A DNA stretch of 63,470 nucleotides, counting the filler, from Globobulimina sp. (lineage: Eukaryota), in assembly GCA_003354225.1 (NCBI GenBank). It is 54 parts of 54 records of this genome, joined end to end, with 100 filler letters (N's around TTAATTAATTAA, not from the genome) between each part and the next. Parts side by side here need not be neighbours in the genome. Positions count along the whole stretch, not along the records: positions 36,507 to 37,583 come from PIVH01024141.1; positions 37,684 to 38,760 come from PIVH01024142.1; positions 38,861 to 39,937 come from PIVH01024143.1; positions 40,038 to 41,114 come from PIVH01024144.1; positions 41,215 to 42,291 come from PIVH01024145.1; positions 42,392 to 43,468 come from PIVH01024146.1; positions 43,569 to 44,645 come from PIVH01024147.1; positions 44,746 to 45,822 come from PIVH01024148.1; 46 more parts are not named here. One strand, written 5' to 3'. The notes beneath the pieces were generated by a model. The model was given only the letters and a program-made list of their open reading frames with translations. It made no database searches and had not been told where the DNA came from. Below, one piece after another: positions 36,558-48,276 of the stretch. How positions within the stretch are numbered: the first letter of the stretch is position 1; every line of letters starts with the position of its first letter. The position numbers and the translations under genes were made by a program.

Positions 36558-37431
36558 ATGGACCTCGATGAAAAAAATGATTCAAGTATATCATGTTTGG
36601 AGTCATTGGCAGTGGCAACGAGGTTATTTTTAAAACCAAACTCTGTTTTAGATGATACTATGATGGCAAATATAAAAACGAAATTTGAATTATTATGCAT
36701 TCAGGTGTTTGGTTATTGTAATAAATTATTCGTTGCAATTGATGGTCCACATCAAAAAGAATTGATTCAAACTCTTGATACAATCAAATCACAGTTCCAT
36801 TCAAATCACCACATTGAATATATTGTTGTGTCGCCATGGATCGGTGTCACCTCCGCATTAAACTCAATCATACGGATTGTGTCCATGCATCCCACAAAAA
36901 TAAAATATATTTCATTTCAATCGATGGAAATAAATAAATTATCAAGGAACATTATGGAAATATTGTTAAATAAGTATATGGATAATAATAATACATTGGT
37001 TTGTGGCCCATTATTGATTGAATCACAGTTTAATGGAACAAAGATGCATCACATAAATGGAGCAAATATACCATGGAATACATTAAATATATGGAATTTG
37101 AGTAAGTTGAAGTTATTTGGTTTTAGTTTGGTATCAGATGGAATCTGTGATGATGTGAGTAGTGGAATGGAAGAGGTTATAACAATTATATAGTTTAATA
37201 CAACAAATAAATGGATTCGATAATAATCAATGTAAATTAATTAAATTTATTGGAAAGAATTTTGATGCAAAGAATGATCTAAATTGGAACACAAATTTCA
37301 AAAATGACACGGAAAGAATGAAATATCATGAAATAAAAATGAAAAGTAAAATACAAAGAGCTGAATCACAATTAAAACACATGAAAAATCTAAAAATAGG
37401 AAAGGTTATTCACATACAGCATTCTTTGTGA
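36558..37431 (+). pseudogene. Hypothetical protein with a frame change at 37191 (ATA TAG T)
   Basis: 211 aa to TAG, then 79 open codons in +1 (SLIQQING...WNTNFKND.ERMKYHEIKMKSKIQRA). Confidence 0.7.
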
Positions 37432-37712
37432 TCCATTCAATATAATTTGACTTTTTAGGCCCTGCAAAAGACTTTAAACTTAGTCAATCACAAAAGAAAT
37501 GTGAACCTAAAACTCAATTGTCATTGTTAGGGAAAGTTTTATTACATTTTTCTGCAAATTCCGTGCATGTTAGTAAACTGTCANNNNNNNNNNNNNNNNN
37601 NNNNNNNNNNNNNNNNNNNNNNNNNNNTTAATTAATTAANNNNNNNNNNNNNNNNNNNNNNNNNNNNNNNNNNNNNNNNNNNNAATATGATTTCTGAGAT
37701 TAATAATAATTG

Positions 37713-38760
37713 AAAATGTTTTAGGAAGACAGCGACGAAAGCGGCGACGAAAATGAAGAAGAAGAGGTGTCTGTGGAAAACTTGGAAGAACCACAACATG
37801 TTGAAAAGGGGAAAATTGGATCTAATTGGAGCGAATTCAGCCCGAGAATGACATTTTTTTGCTGTTTGGCCACTTTCTTTATGAATGTCATTAAGGGCAA
37901 GTCAGCGGATCGATTGCAAAGAGAGAGAGTTGTGGCGAAAGCCAAAAGAATGCTAGCCAATGTCACTCGTCAAATTGCTATAGCCGACGAAGTCCCGCTA
38001 CGACTCTCCCAAGTAGCTAGAGTCTCACAATTTTATGACATAGTAATTCACATTTGGACGGAAGACAAGGTGCAAATAACCAATACCCGGCCGGCATGGT
38101 GCACAAAGAAAGTTCTCAATCTATTGGTGGATGGTCAAGGAAAGTATAAAGTTATAAGCAACCTAAACAAGTTGTTGGGAATTTTCAAGTGCATACATTG
38201 CGACAGGATGTATCAAGCGAAAGATAGACTCGACAATCATCAAAGAAGGAAATGCCCAGTTTTGTCTATTTTGCGCGACGACCCAAATGTGGATATTCAG
38301 GAGTTGACGGAGAACGAATTGATGCCTACTATGATTCAAACCCATTATAAAGGCGGCAGGGTAGAACCGAGAAGGAGTATACACAATCGATTGGATCGGA
38401 ACGGGATCGATGTAGGAAATCGACTGGATTTAAATAAATACTTCGGAGTCGCGGACATAGAAACTTTGTTGGGACAAAAGTTGGATCGTGATCAGAGTGT
38501 ATTGGCAGAAGCGGCTTTCGTCTCATCAAAGCTTATTTTAATGGAACAGCATACCCCCGTGGCGATTTCGGTTGTGTCAAATGTTGATTCCCAAGATTTT
38601 GACACGAGTCAATGCTTCGTCGGACTGGACGGAGGTTCATCTTTTATTGAAAATTTTCTTAAATATCTTGTCAAAATGGCGGAAGAGGCCTACAAACGAA
38701 CCATGGATGAAAATAAGGAAATTTTTGAAGAATTGGAAGAAATGATCGAGGAAGCGAGTG
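37713..38760 (+). mobile_element. Polinton/Maverick (adintovirus-like) DNA polymerase B N-terminal region
   Basis: C2HC finger, YKGG, FGVADIETLL (Exo I DxE), HTPVAISVVSNV...CFV. Confidence 0.65.
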
Positions 38761-40040
38761 NNNNNNNNNNNNNNNNNNNNNNNNNNNNNNNNNNNNNNNN
38801 NNNNTTAATTAATTAANNNNNNNNNNNNNNNNNNNNNNNNNNNNNNNNNNNNNNNNNNNNTTTTTTATTGACACATTATATTTAAGACTATTTTTAAATT
38901 TAAGTTTCTGAGGAAGTCCTCCTTCCTAAAATAAATATATATTTATTCACTCTCTTTACACATTGACACATTGACACATTGACACATTGTAAATAGTAAT
39001 AGCATGCATTTTGAAGAATATCGTCACACTTAACGTAATGTATACAAATCCATAGACCGTGAATCTTTTAAATCACACAACATACAAATCCAACAGTTTG
39101 CTGAGCTGTGAATCTTTGAAAAATCTCTTTTTCATTTAACAATCTTCTTTTTTTTTCATCTCAAGAACATGTCAACTTATTAAAAGCACTAAAATCATAC
39201 ATCAATCACATTAACACAAAAAAAAACACATTTTTTTAATCACAGTCTCTTATCAATTCACTAACTCATTTTCTAAGAAACAAACTTTATTCAATTTCAA
39301 GCACATTAATTCAATCAACCAGCATCATGATGAATTATCAGGTATAACCCACACATAATCACTACATCCAACAACTCAAACAAACACAAAAAAAACACAG
39401 TATCCACAATCGTACATCCTCGACAATCCCCAACACATTAAAGTTAATACAAAACAAAAAAAAATGTGCACGCACTCTAAAAAAAACATAAAAATTCGAC
39501 TGCCAAACACACACAAACTAAAACCCCAATTCTCCACAGATGACAACCCCGCCACCGATATTACCCTCGTTGGACCCCAGCGAAGTGGAACAAACTTTAT
39601 ATCAACGTCGTGACCACGACAGCTTACAATCGTATGTACACCACACACCATTCCACGCTCTGTTTCTCCTCACCAAAAAATACAAAACTCAAACCATAAA
39701 AACCTAACCACACTAAACACAAACCTTAAAACGCAAAATCCAACCCATTCCCATTCAGATTGCAAATCAATTATGACACTGAATATTATCCACATTCTCA
39801 TAGTCATAACGCGAGCGCCCCGGTGCAGAATAAAAGTCGTTTAGACAATGGCCATTCGGGCCTCTTATTCGCAAAGACGCCCAGTCATTGTCGCGATTAT
39901 AAGACCTCCGCAGCGGTCAACGTAATGGCCAATAAACNNNNNNNNNNNNNNNNNNNNNNNNNNNNNNNNNNNNNNNNNNNNTTAATTAATTAANNNNNNN
40001 NNNNNNNNNNNNNNNNNNNNNNNNNNNNNNNNNNNNNAAA

Positions 40041-41069
40041 ATGTATCATGGAGTGAATAAGCAAATGATTATTGATTCAACGAGTGCCAATATCTTCGGT
40101 CCTTTATCAACAACATGTAATTGGAGTGTAGCAGTGCAATTTAGTGATTTCACTGGAATGATTTTAGAATTCGTCCCTGCAAATTCTCAAAAATATTTCT
40201 TGTGTGATTGGGTATCGCCGTTCACTGTTGAGGCGGAAATATTTTTTATTGGAGGATTAGGTTTGCTGCAAATTATTAATATTATAAATAGTGTTGGATA
40301 TGCGTATGAAGCTTATATCAAAGCATGTAGAATTATTGAGACTGCAGCTTCTGGAAAATATTTGTCTGACGATCCGGATTTGAGACTTAAAATACAGAGT
40401 CAACGCACGTTGGATGTATCAAAACTTAAATTATCTCCGTTGCGCAGAAACGAGAAAAAGTTGTGTAAGATAATGATTTGGCATCAATTAGCAAGGAATG
40501 GTTATAAAGATAATAGTAAACCACATATTAAGTTGTATCCAAATATAATTAATGATGGATATATTGATGAAATATTGAATAATATTTGTAATAAGCTTAT
40601 TGTTATTCAGATTAATATGAAAGTGATGAATGTCGATATTTTGAGACAATGTAATATTGCAGCACAAGGAGGTATTTTTACATATTTGGGCTTTTCATTC
40701 TTGAAAGCATTGTTTTGTAGCAGTGGTTATGAGGGAATAAATTTGAATGTATTGTATGCTTTATTTCCAATGGTTAAGGTTGTTAAAATACGCCAATTAA
40801 CATCAATAACATCAAATCTTATGCAAGATATTTTAGTATTTCTTGCAAATCATCCTAACTCAAGCGTGGATTACATGGAGTTGCAAATCCGGCCAGAATG
40901 TAACATGGCAAATATTGAGGAAAAATGGAAAGAGTATAGAGTTAGGTTCAAAGAAATTGGGTTTGGTTCAAATATAGGGATGGAAAAAGTTTCGGAGGTG
41001 CATTGTATACATTTAAAAAAAATGTCACATGGACGATTCATAACAGACTCTGGCACGATAATTATGTGA
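40041..41069 (+). CDS. ADP-ribosyltransferase-fold-like protein, C-terminal part
   Basis: YHG ... PLSTT..VAVQF..GMILE ... SPFTVEAEIFF. Confidence 0.55.
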   Translation: MYHGVNKQMIIDSTSANIFGPLSTTCNWSVAVQFSDFTGMILEFVPANSQKYFLCDWVSPFTVEAEIFFIGGLGLLQIINIINSVGYAYEAYIKACRIIETAASGKYLSDDPDLRLKIQSQRTLDVSKLKLSPLRRNEKKLCKIMIWHQLARNGYKDNSKPHIKLYPNIINDGYIDEILNNICNKLIVIQINMKVMNVDILRQCNIAAQGGIFTYLGFSFLKALFCSSGYEGINLNVLYALFPMVKVVKIRQLTSITSNLMQDILVFLANHPNSSVDYMELQIRPECNMANIEEKWKEYRVRFKEIGFGSNIGMEKVSEVHCIHLKKMSHGRFITDSGTIIM

Positions 41070-41214
41070 CTAGTTTCAAAAAACAACATCAGATATACAT
41101 AATAATTTATATTCNNNNNNNNNNNNNNNNNNNNNNNNNNNNNNNNNNNNNNNNNNNNTTAATTAATTAANNNNNNNNNNNNNNNNNNNNNNNNNNNNNN
41201 NNNNNNNNNNNNNN

Positions 41215-41400
41215 TGAGTGGATATACGGCATGAATTGTTAATGAATTTTTACACTCTCTGAATATTTCTTGATATTTTTCAATGTGTCTTGGTTTACTG
41301 CCCATAAAACCAAAGAATACGACCAAAACAGACTTCTTCTTTCCGTGCATTCGAGGATCAATAATTGTTTTAAAACTTTTTGAAACAGTTTTTCCAACAT
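41215..41400 (-). CDS. DUF829/TMEM53-like alpha/beta hydrolase N-terminus
   Basis: LVVFFGFMGSKPRHIEKY. Confidence 0.55.
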
Positions 41401-42291
41401 GTTGCAATATGAGCAACATATGCGACGAAGGAGGCACCACAACAACAACATGACACATCGGAATCGGAATATGAAACGAGTCAATCGACCGTATCAACAA
41501 TATCAAGATCCGACCATATTATCAACATCGGAATCGGAATCGATTTCGACCATATCAAATAATATACATACAGCAAGTGCGATAATTACCGATGAAAATG
41601 AAGAAGAAACGGTTTGGGAATACGAAGATGATAACAAACTGTGGATGGCAATGGATGTATCAGTGATTAAAACCATTGAACAGGCTTATAATTCGAATAA
41701 GAAACTACTTCAAATCACAAGTAACTATGGATTTAAATATAAGATAGATTTCAAAAAGATGACACAAACAAATACAACTAGTGGCAAATCAAGAAATATT
41801 AGGCAGAATATGAAATATATTGTATGTACACACTTTGTTTTTTATATGCATGTCGATGTCATATCACATAACTGATCATAAGTCAACAGATATGGCATTG
41901 AATCTAAATGTAGATAGCGACGATGATGGTGATTTTATGGATCAATTTCTATCAACAGCAACTGGTAAAAAAATATCGAATTTCAAATATGATTATACGA
42001 AATACAAAGAAGATGAAAAAACTTGGAACAAAACTAAGATATATAAATATAATCAACCGGTTGAGCTACGCAGAAATGAAACGAGAGATGACATGAAAAG
42101 TACAACATTGTTTGATGACGCATTGAATGGTAAAAAAAGAGTGAATGTATCTGTTAGTCGATGGCAATGGTGTGATGATGGGAGAATATGGAAAGATTAT
42201 GATTCTGTGAAAAATACCGGAATTGCAGATGCGTATAAAAACGGGAAAAATATATACTGATTTTCTTTTTGTGGAAAGAAGTATGAAGTTC
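41399..42291 (+). CDS. Tandem WWE-domain protein, intron 41822-41882, in-frame TGA at 42258
   Basis: WEYEDDNKLW..IEQAY..YKIDFKKMTQTNTTSGKSRNIR; second WQWCDDGRIWKDYD. Confidence 0.8.
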
Positions 42292-42415
42292 NNNNNNNNN
42301 NNNNNNNNNNNNNNNNNNNNNNNNNNNNNNNNNNNTTAATTAATTAANNNNNNNNNNNNNNNNNNNNNNNNNNNNNNNNNNNNNNNNNNNNTATTTCTGA
42401 AAAAATATATATTTA

Positions 42416-43468
42416 TCAAAAAATATAACATACATTTTGTAATTCTAATACTTTATCTCTCACTTCATTGATGTCATTTGCATTTACCACCAACAATGAG
42501 GCAGAAAGACAATTTTCCCGACTGCCAACACCAACATTTACCAATTCCTCCACAATTTGATTATTATATCTGTTAAATGCTGCTATTTGCTGCTGCTGCT
42601 TCTCTTGTTGTTGTATTTTGTGTACGTTATTCATTGTTTCCTCCTCTTTCTCTTTTTGTTCTGTGATATTAATATTAATATTGGTCTGTGATAATATTAA
42701 TTTTGTATTATAGTATCCCAACACAATCGCAGTTATCTGTTTATTGAATTGCTTGTATACATAATTATTAATGTACACTGGTTTGTTTTTACAGCCATCA
42801 TAATCTGATACAATACATTCATTATATTTATTACAACCAAACATAAATATGGTGCCAATCGCAGTCACCGCTGCTGAATGATTGGAGGCACACATTATTT
42901 TTTTTATATCCTTATTTGACAGTGATTGTATTAATGTTGGTGTCAGTACGCATGCTTTGGATGCATTGCCTTGTCCACATTCCCCATTTTGATTGTAACC
43001 AAATGCATACACCGCACCGCATCGTGTTAATATCAGTGAATAATAAGAACCACAACAAACCTCAACAGCGATGAGATGTCTTTCTTGAAATAAAGGGAAA
43101 ATTAATGTGGGTTTAATATGCGACTCTTGATCGGTTTTATAAAAACCTAACTGACCATAATTATTGCCACCAAATGAATAAACATTGCCAGCAGTGTCAC
43201 AACACAATGTATGACATTCTCCAGTAGCAATCCGTGCGATATTGGTTAGTTTTTTAATCTTTGTCCATCTCTTCGATCCAGCTTTAGGTTTTTGTCCATT
43301 GCCACCATATTTACTGTAATCTGTGGAATGCACAGTTCCATTTTGCGCCAAAATAATAGAATATTGTGTAGTGCATTGTATTTGTTTAACACCATATTTC
43401 CATTTACTACGACATATTTTGTGTTGATTTTGATTATTTCCAATACCAAGCTGGCCACTATCATTTCT
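42416..43468 (-). CDS. RCC1-repeat protein fragment
   Basis: GQLG, IATGECHTL, VYSFGGNNYGQLG, CGSYYSL, VYAFGYNQNGECG. Confidence 0.92.
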   Translation of the reverse strand, partial: RNDSGQLGIGNNQNQHKICRSKWKYGVKQIQCTTQYSIILAQNGTVHSTDYSKYGGNGQKPKAGSKRWTKIKKLTNIARIATGECHTLCCDTAGNVYSFGGNNYGQLGFYKTDQESHIKPTLIFPLFQERHLIAVEVCCGSYYSLILTRCGAVYAFGYNQNGECGQGNASKACVLTPTLIQSLSNKDIKKIMCASNHSAAVTAIGTIFMFGCNKYNECIVSDYDGCKNKPVYINNYVYKQFNKQITAIVLGYYNTKLILSQTNININITEQKEKEEETMNNVHKIQQQEKQQQQIAAFNRYNNQIVEELVNVGVGSRENCLSASLLVVNANDINEVRDKVLELQNVCYIF

Positions 43469-44130
43469 NNNNNNNNNNNNNNNNNNNNNNNNNNNNNNNN
43501 NNNNNNNNNNNNTTAATTAATTAANNNNNNNNNNNNNNNNNNNNNNNNNNNNNNNNNNNNNNNNNNNNAAATTCAACCCTTTCTGTTGTGATATGCATAT
43601 TCGTTAATGTGGTATATTGACCTATTGTACCCCCTAAATGTAACCCCCCTTTGTATTAATTATATCTTAGTACTTAAGTTAGTTACTAAGCATTCCTACT
43701 AAAACCTACTGAATACCATATTTGGTGCGTCGACCGTTTTTAATTGAAACGAGCAAAGACCAACGAGCAAAGACCATGTCAAAAGGCGGCAATAGCAATA
43801 ACTGGAACAAAAAAATAAATACAAAAATAATTGTATGTAAATCTACCATAAAATGAACTATCGACAACACAATTTGGCTACAATACTGATTAATTATGAT
43901 ATGGTTAGCAGAATACAAATTTCCATCCAATAATGAATTGAATTGAATTTATAAACGTCAGAATCGCAAGCACAAAACTGTGATACGTACATTTTCCTTT
44001 CCTGTCCTTGCGGACAAACCAAATTGGTCAACCGGAAAGAAAAAAGACCTCACCTCACAGCAAAGCACCCAAAAAAGAAACAAAATAAAAACAAACCAAA
44101 AGAAAATAAAAAAAAAAAATAATAATAATG

Positions 44131-44354
44131 GTTAGTGTAATTACAAATTTCCTTTTTGAGTGGATAGTGTATAATAATGTGAATTTCCATAAGTAATAAA
44201 ATGTTTAGTGTGATTGCAAATTTCCATTGGTTAGTGCAATCACAAATTTTCATTAATAATCAAATAGTGTGTAATGCAAATTTCCATAATGATAGTGCAG
44301 ACACAAATTTTTCATAGCCCATAACTAAGCGGTTAATACAACTGCAAATTTCCA
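44131..44354 (+). repeat. Degenerate ~30-bp repeat TAGTG..AT.CAAATTTCCAT
   Basis: About 7 copies with variable short spacers. Confidence 0.65.
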
Positions 44355-44776
44355 CTTTTTGAATACAAAAATAAACAAAAAATATCTGAATACATTTTGA
44401 ATACAATAATAAACACATTTTGAATGTGCAATACTGTAACTTGAGTAACGACACTTAAGTTACTTGGAAATCATTATAAAGTGTGACAACAGCACGTGGA
44501 CAACAGATATGTTTTTAGTTATTCACTTTTATATTATTTTAATTAGAAACATTAACATTGCTGACTAATTATTTACGGAGTTTCGCACATATAAACACAA
44601 CAATTAATTATAATTTGAATTAAAATATTAATCATCAAATTAATANNNNNNNNNNNNNNNNNNNNNNNNNNNNNNNNNNNNNNNNNNNNTTAATTAATTA
44701 ANNNNNNNNNNNNNNNNNNNNNNNNNNNNNNNNNNNNNNNNNNNNCAGCCACCGCGCCCGCCTACGCTTAGCAGAT

Positions 44777-45754
44777 TTGAGCGACATAATCGATGACGAG
44801 CTAGTCGATGATTCCAATGTATATAACAACCCTCAACAAATCCAGCGCAGTCGCACCATGAATGACGACATGAAAATTAAAGACATGATGCGTATGATTG
44901 ACGATGAGAGCAAATATACGATGAATAGCAATCCGTTATCTTCGATCCACAAAAACATCCACAAAAAGAAGCATAGAAAGAATATCATGTACAGAGATGG
45001 GTCGCGTTCGGCCAATAATTCGTTATCATCGGAGGGTGCTGCAGAGGCAGCGGCAGATCCGCATGAATTTGAAGACGAAGCCGGAGGAAAAGGTAATAGA
45101 TCTCGCGTATCTAAAGCACCACTTATAAAACAAAGCAAATCTGTAAAACATTCAGGTCCGCACGAGGCTAAGGCTGAGGAGAAGAAGCAAGTCATCAAAC
45201 AGAAGGAAAATGAGGATTGGCAGATCATGGGCGATATATTATTTTCATTGCGACATTCGTTGATCTGCAGAATGTACGGATTGAATGAGAACAATGACGA
45301 CGAGAATAAGCGCAAAAAGCGAAGGAGCAGAAAGAAAACAAAAGCACACTTACAATCTAAACAAAATGAATGGAAGACGTTTTTTTTTGAGGAATATGCG
45401 CAGGATTTATTTATAAAATTACGCGCCAACTGGCTGAACACGAAGGGGAATAACAAGATATCCGGCACTTATGTCAAGAAGTTGTTTGGTGAGAAGAATA
45501 AAGGAGTGCCGGTGGAACAATTGGACATCAATAAATCTTGCAAGTATTATTGGCGCCGATTGAATACGAACAGCAAAAGTGGACAAATCTTCTTCCAGAC
45601 TGTGAACGGTGAATATATCATCAAGTCAATGCCGAAAAGTGAGGCGGAATTCTTTCGTAAGTCGTTTCTTGAGAAATATTATCTATATATGCTGGATGCG
45701 CCGGATTCGGAATCATGCTGTCGGTTCATAATTCTCTTACTTGTGAAATTATAA
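44777..45754 (+). CDS. Phosphatidylinositol phosphate kinase (PIP5K) fragment
   Basis: FEEYAQDLFIKLR, NSKSGQIFFQT..YIIKSM.KSEA. Confidence 0.85.
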   Translation: MSDIIDDELVDDSNVYNNPQQIQRSRTMNDDMKIKDMMRMIDDESKYTMNSNPLSSIHKNIHKKKHRKNIMYRDGSRSANNSLSSEGAAEAAADPHEFEDEAGGKGNRSRVSKAPLIKQSKSVKHSGPHEAKAEEKKQVIKQKENEDWQIMGDILFSLRHSLICRMYGLNENNDDENKRKKRRSRKKTKAHLQSKQNEWKTFFFEEYAQDLFIKLRANWLNTKGNNKISGTYVKKLFGEKNKGVPVEQLDINKSCKYYWRRLNTNSKSGQIFFQTVNGEYIIKSMPKSEAEFFRKSFLEKYYLYMLDAPDSESCCRFIILLLVKL

Positions 45755-45922
45755 AATTGTTTGGTTCAGATGAACTCAAACAAAAATATCTTCCAGCAAT
45801 GGCCGCCGGTGAAAAAATCGGCNNNNNNNNNNNNNNNNNNNNNNNNNNNNNNNNNNNNNNNNNNNNTTAATTAATTAANNNNNNNNNNNNNNNNNNNNNN
45901 NNNNNNNNNNNNNNNNNNNNNN

Positions 45923-46987
45923 GAAATTACAATCATTCCAGAATTTAAGGATCATGGAGAGGATGTTGGTTTTAAAATAACTGTTCACAAAAAAACCAAA
46001 ACTGCACATTTATCATTTTTAGAATTGACTGTTAACTGCCAAATGAAAGATGATAAACTTCATTTATATATTGGTGATAGAGGCTTAGAAGAATATATCT
46101 GGCTTTATTTTGCTCAATTTTTTGGTTGCTACTCACCTATAATTCATCAGAACAGAACTCAATGGACAACTGGTGTTGGAGAAAGAGGTAATAGAGGCCG
46201 AAGAGATATTAAACGTAATATGGTGGGTGCAACAATAAATCGTTATGCTCCAGCAGTTGTTGAGCATGTTGATAACGAATGGGGATCATTTATTCAAAAT
46301 AATCAGGCTACAAACTCAGTTCGAAAAAGAAAGGGTGCTAAATCAGGATACAAACGAGGTTATGAGAATCTATCAAATAGAGAGCAAGCAATTTATCCAT
46401 TATATAAAGATGCAGTGACTCATTTGAATGATTTACTTGGTGAACAAATAAAAGTAACAGTTAAAATGATTAGAAACTCGATGCTCAAATTCGATGAACT
46501 TAACATTTTAGAAAATCAATGGAGTCTCAGTACAATGGTTAATATATTAAATAAAGTATCTGGTGGTAGTCACTGGTGTCCTGTTACAGGTGAGAGCAGG
46601 ATAGCACCGGTGTTTGAAGCATGGTGTCAAAATGCAATAGCATTAGATGATTATGATGATGCTCAAATATTTTTAGATTTAAAAAAAAGAAAAAGTAAGA
46701 AAAGAAAATTGGATGATGCAACCACCTCACAACCAAACAAAAAACAAAAAATTGTTTCTGCGAAAACAACGACAACAACAATTACTATGGACAGAAAATT
46801 TGCTGAATTTTTGACAAAGTTTAGCATAAAAAATCAATTTCACAGCTGGTTGATTACTGCGCAAACAGCAGAGCCAAATAAATCTGTCAATCATTGGTGT
46901 AGAATATTTATCAATCAATTGAAAAGAGATAATGTTAATAACGCAATGTTAATTACAGCCATTGATAAAGATTTGTCTCATATTTAG
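45923..46987 (+). CDS. Hypothetical nuclear-type protein, C-terminal part
   Basis: Frame open from contig start; KKRKSKKRK NLS-like. Confidence 0.55.
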   Translation, partial: EITIIPEFKDHGEDVGFKITVHKKTKTAHLSFLELTVNCQMKDDKLHLYIGDRGLEEYIWLYFAQFFGCYSPIIHQNRTQWTTGVGERGNRGRRDIKRNMVGATINRYAPAVVEHVDNEWGSFIQNNQATNSVRKRKGAKSGYKRGYENLSNREQAIYPLYKDAVTHLNDLLGEQIKVTVKMIRNSMLKFDELNILENQWSLSTMVNILNKVSGGSHWCPVTGESRIAPVFEAWCQNAIALDDYDDAQIFLDLKKRKSKKRKLDDATTSQPNKKQKIVSAKTTTTTITMDRKFAEFLTKFSIKNQFHSWLITAQTAEPNKSVNHWCRIFINQLKRDNVNNAMLITAIDKDLSHI

Positions 46988-47102
46988 AGCTAGCTAATGN
47001 NNNNNNNNNNNNNNNNNNNNNNNNNNNNNNNNNNNNNNNNNNNTTAATTAATTAANNNNNNNNNNNNNNNNNNNNNNNNNNNNNNNNNNNNNNNNNNNNC
47101 GA

Positions 47103-47698
47103 ATGCCAACTAAAAAAAGGAAAATATTAAAAACTAAAAGTAGGAAATGCTCAAAATGCGGTACAAAAACAAAATTAGAAAATTTAATATTTTGTGTGGA
47201 ATGTAAAGAGTGTGGTGGATGTCAAGAGTGTTTAGATGGCGCTAAAAAGAAAAATATATCAAAAATACATCAATCAGTCTTTAAAACTAGAATGGCACGA
47301 AAAGATCCTAAAAATGCTAGGCACATCGCGTCAATATTAGGCAACGCAAAAAAAGGAATTAAAACCGATTCTGGATTGCATTGTGGTTCATGTGGCCATG
47401 GCAAATATTCATGTCATGGTTGTGAAGAGGTGGCTGTCTGCAATGATTGTGGGTGGATATTTTGCTTTGAATGTACTGAGTTTAAACCGGGTAAAGGTGG
47501 CGGAATGCAATGCAAATCATGTCAGCCATATTGGAAAAAGAATAAAGCCGCATCGGAATTTTGTAACGGATGTGGTATTCATCGAAGTAACGCACATTTG
47601 TGACACTATTTGAATGTGAGAGTTGTGGTGACATGCATTTTTGTGAAGATTGTGGTGGTTGTTATTGTGCTGATTGTGAGTGTCAATGTGATCAGTAA
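47103..47698 (+). pseudogene. Cys-rich CxxC-repeat protein with a frame change near 47601
   Basis: CxxC repeats continue after TGA in another frame (TLFECESCGDMHFCEDCGGCYCADCECQCDQ*). Confidence 0.65.
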
Positions 47699-48276
47699 TG
47701 TTACAATTTATTTTCGAAATGGTTGCAATATTTTGTTCGCGGTTTCAAAGTCGCTTTCCGTTTTTACTTCGATCTTTTTCAATCGTTTTGTGATTCTGAT
47801 AGCATGCATTCCAAAATCGCAACAATCTGCATAAGATGCGACTGCAATGGAATTATGTGAGTTATTTGCTATTATATTTAAGACAAAATATGATAAATAA
47901 TAATTTAAAAAGTTTATGAATGGAATATACGGAAATGATATATTATTTGTTTAATTGAATTTGATAACGAAAATAAATATGAATTTGTGGAGATTAATAA
48001 TTTTATGGATTGGTTCACAATTAAATGGAATTGGAAAAACGCACAAATATCACAATCAAATAATAATAATAATGACATAAGCAATTTATTATGTTACTCA
48101 TTCAAAATTAAACGAACAATATGCGTATTTAAATAAAGCAAAATCTCAATTAATGGAATGTTTAATTCAAAAATGCNNNNNNNNNNNNNNNNNNNNNNNN
48201 NNNNNNNNNNNNNNNNNNNNTTAATTAATTAANNNNNNNNNNNNNNNNNNNNNNNNNNNNNNNNNNNNNNNNNNNN

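Noticed and set aside
39851-39886. Resemblance to pUC/lacZ vector sequence (CGGGCCTCTT...)
   Set aside because: Only about 10 bp match; flanks diverge.
42258-42260. Genome-wide stop codon reassignment
   Set aside because: TAA, TAG and TGA all terminate recognisable genes at the expected positions elsewhere in the window.
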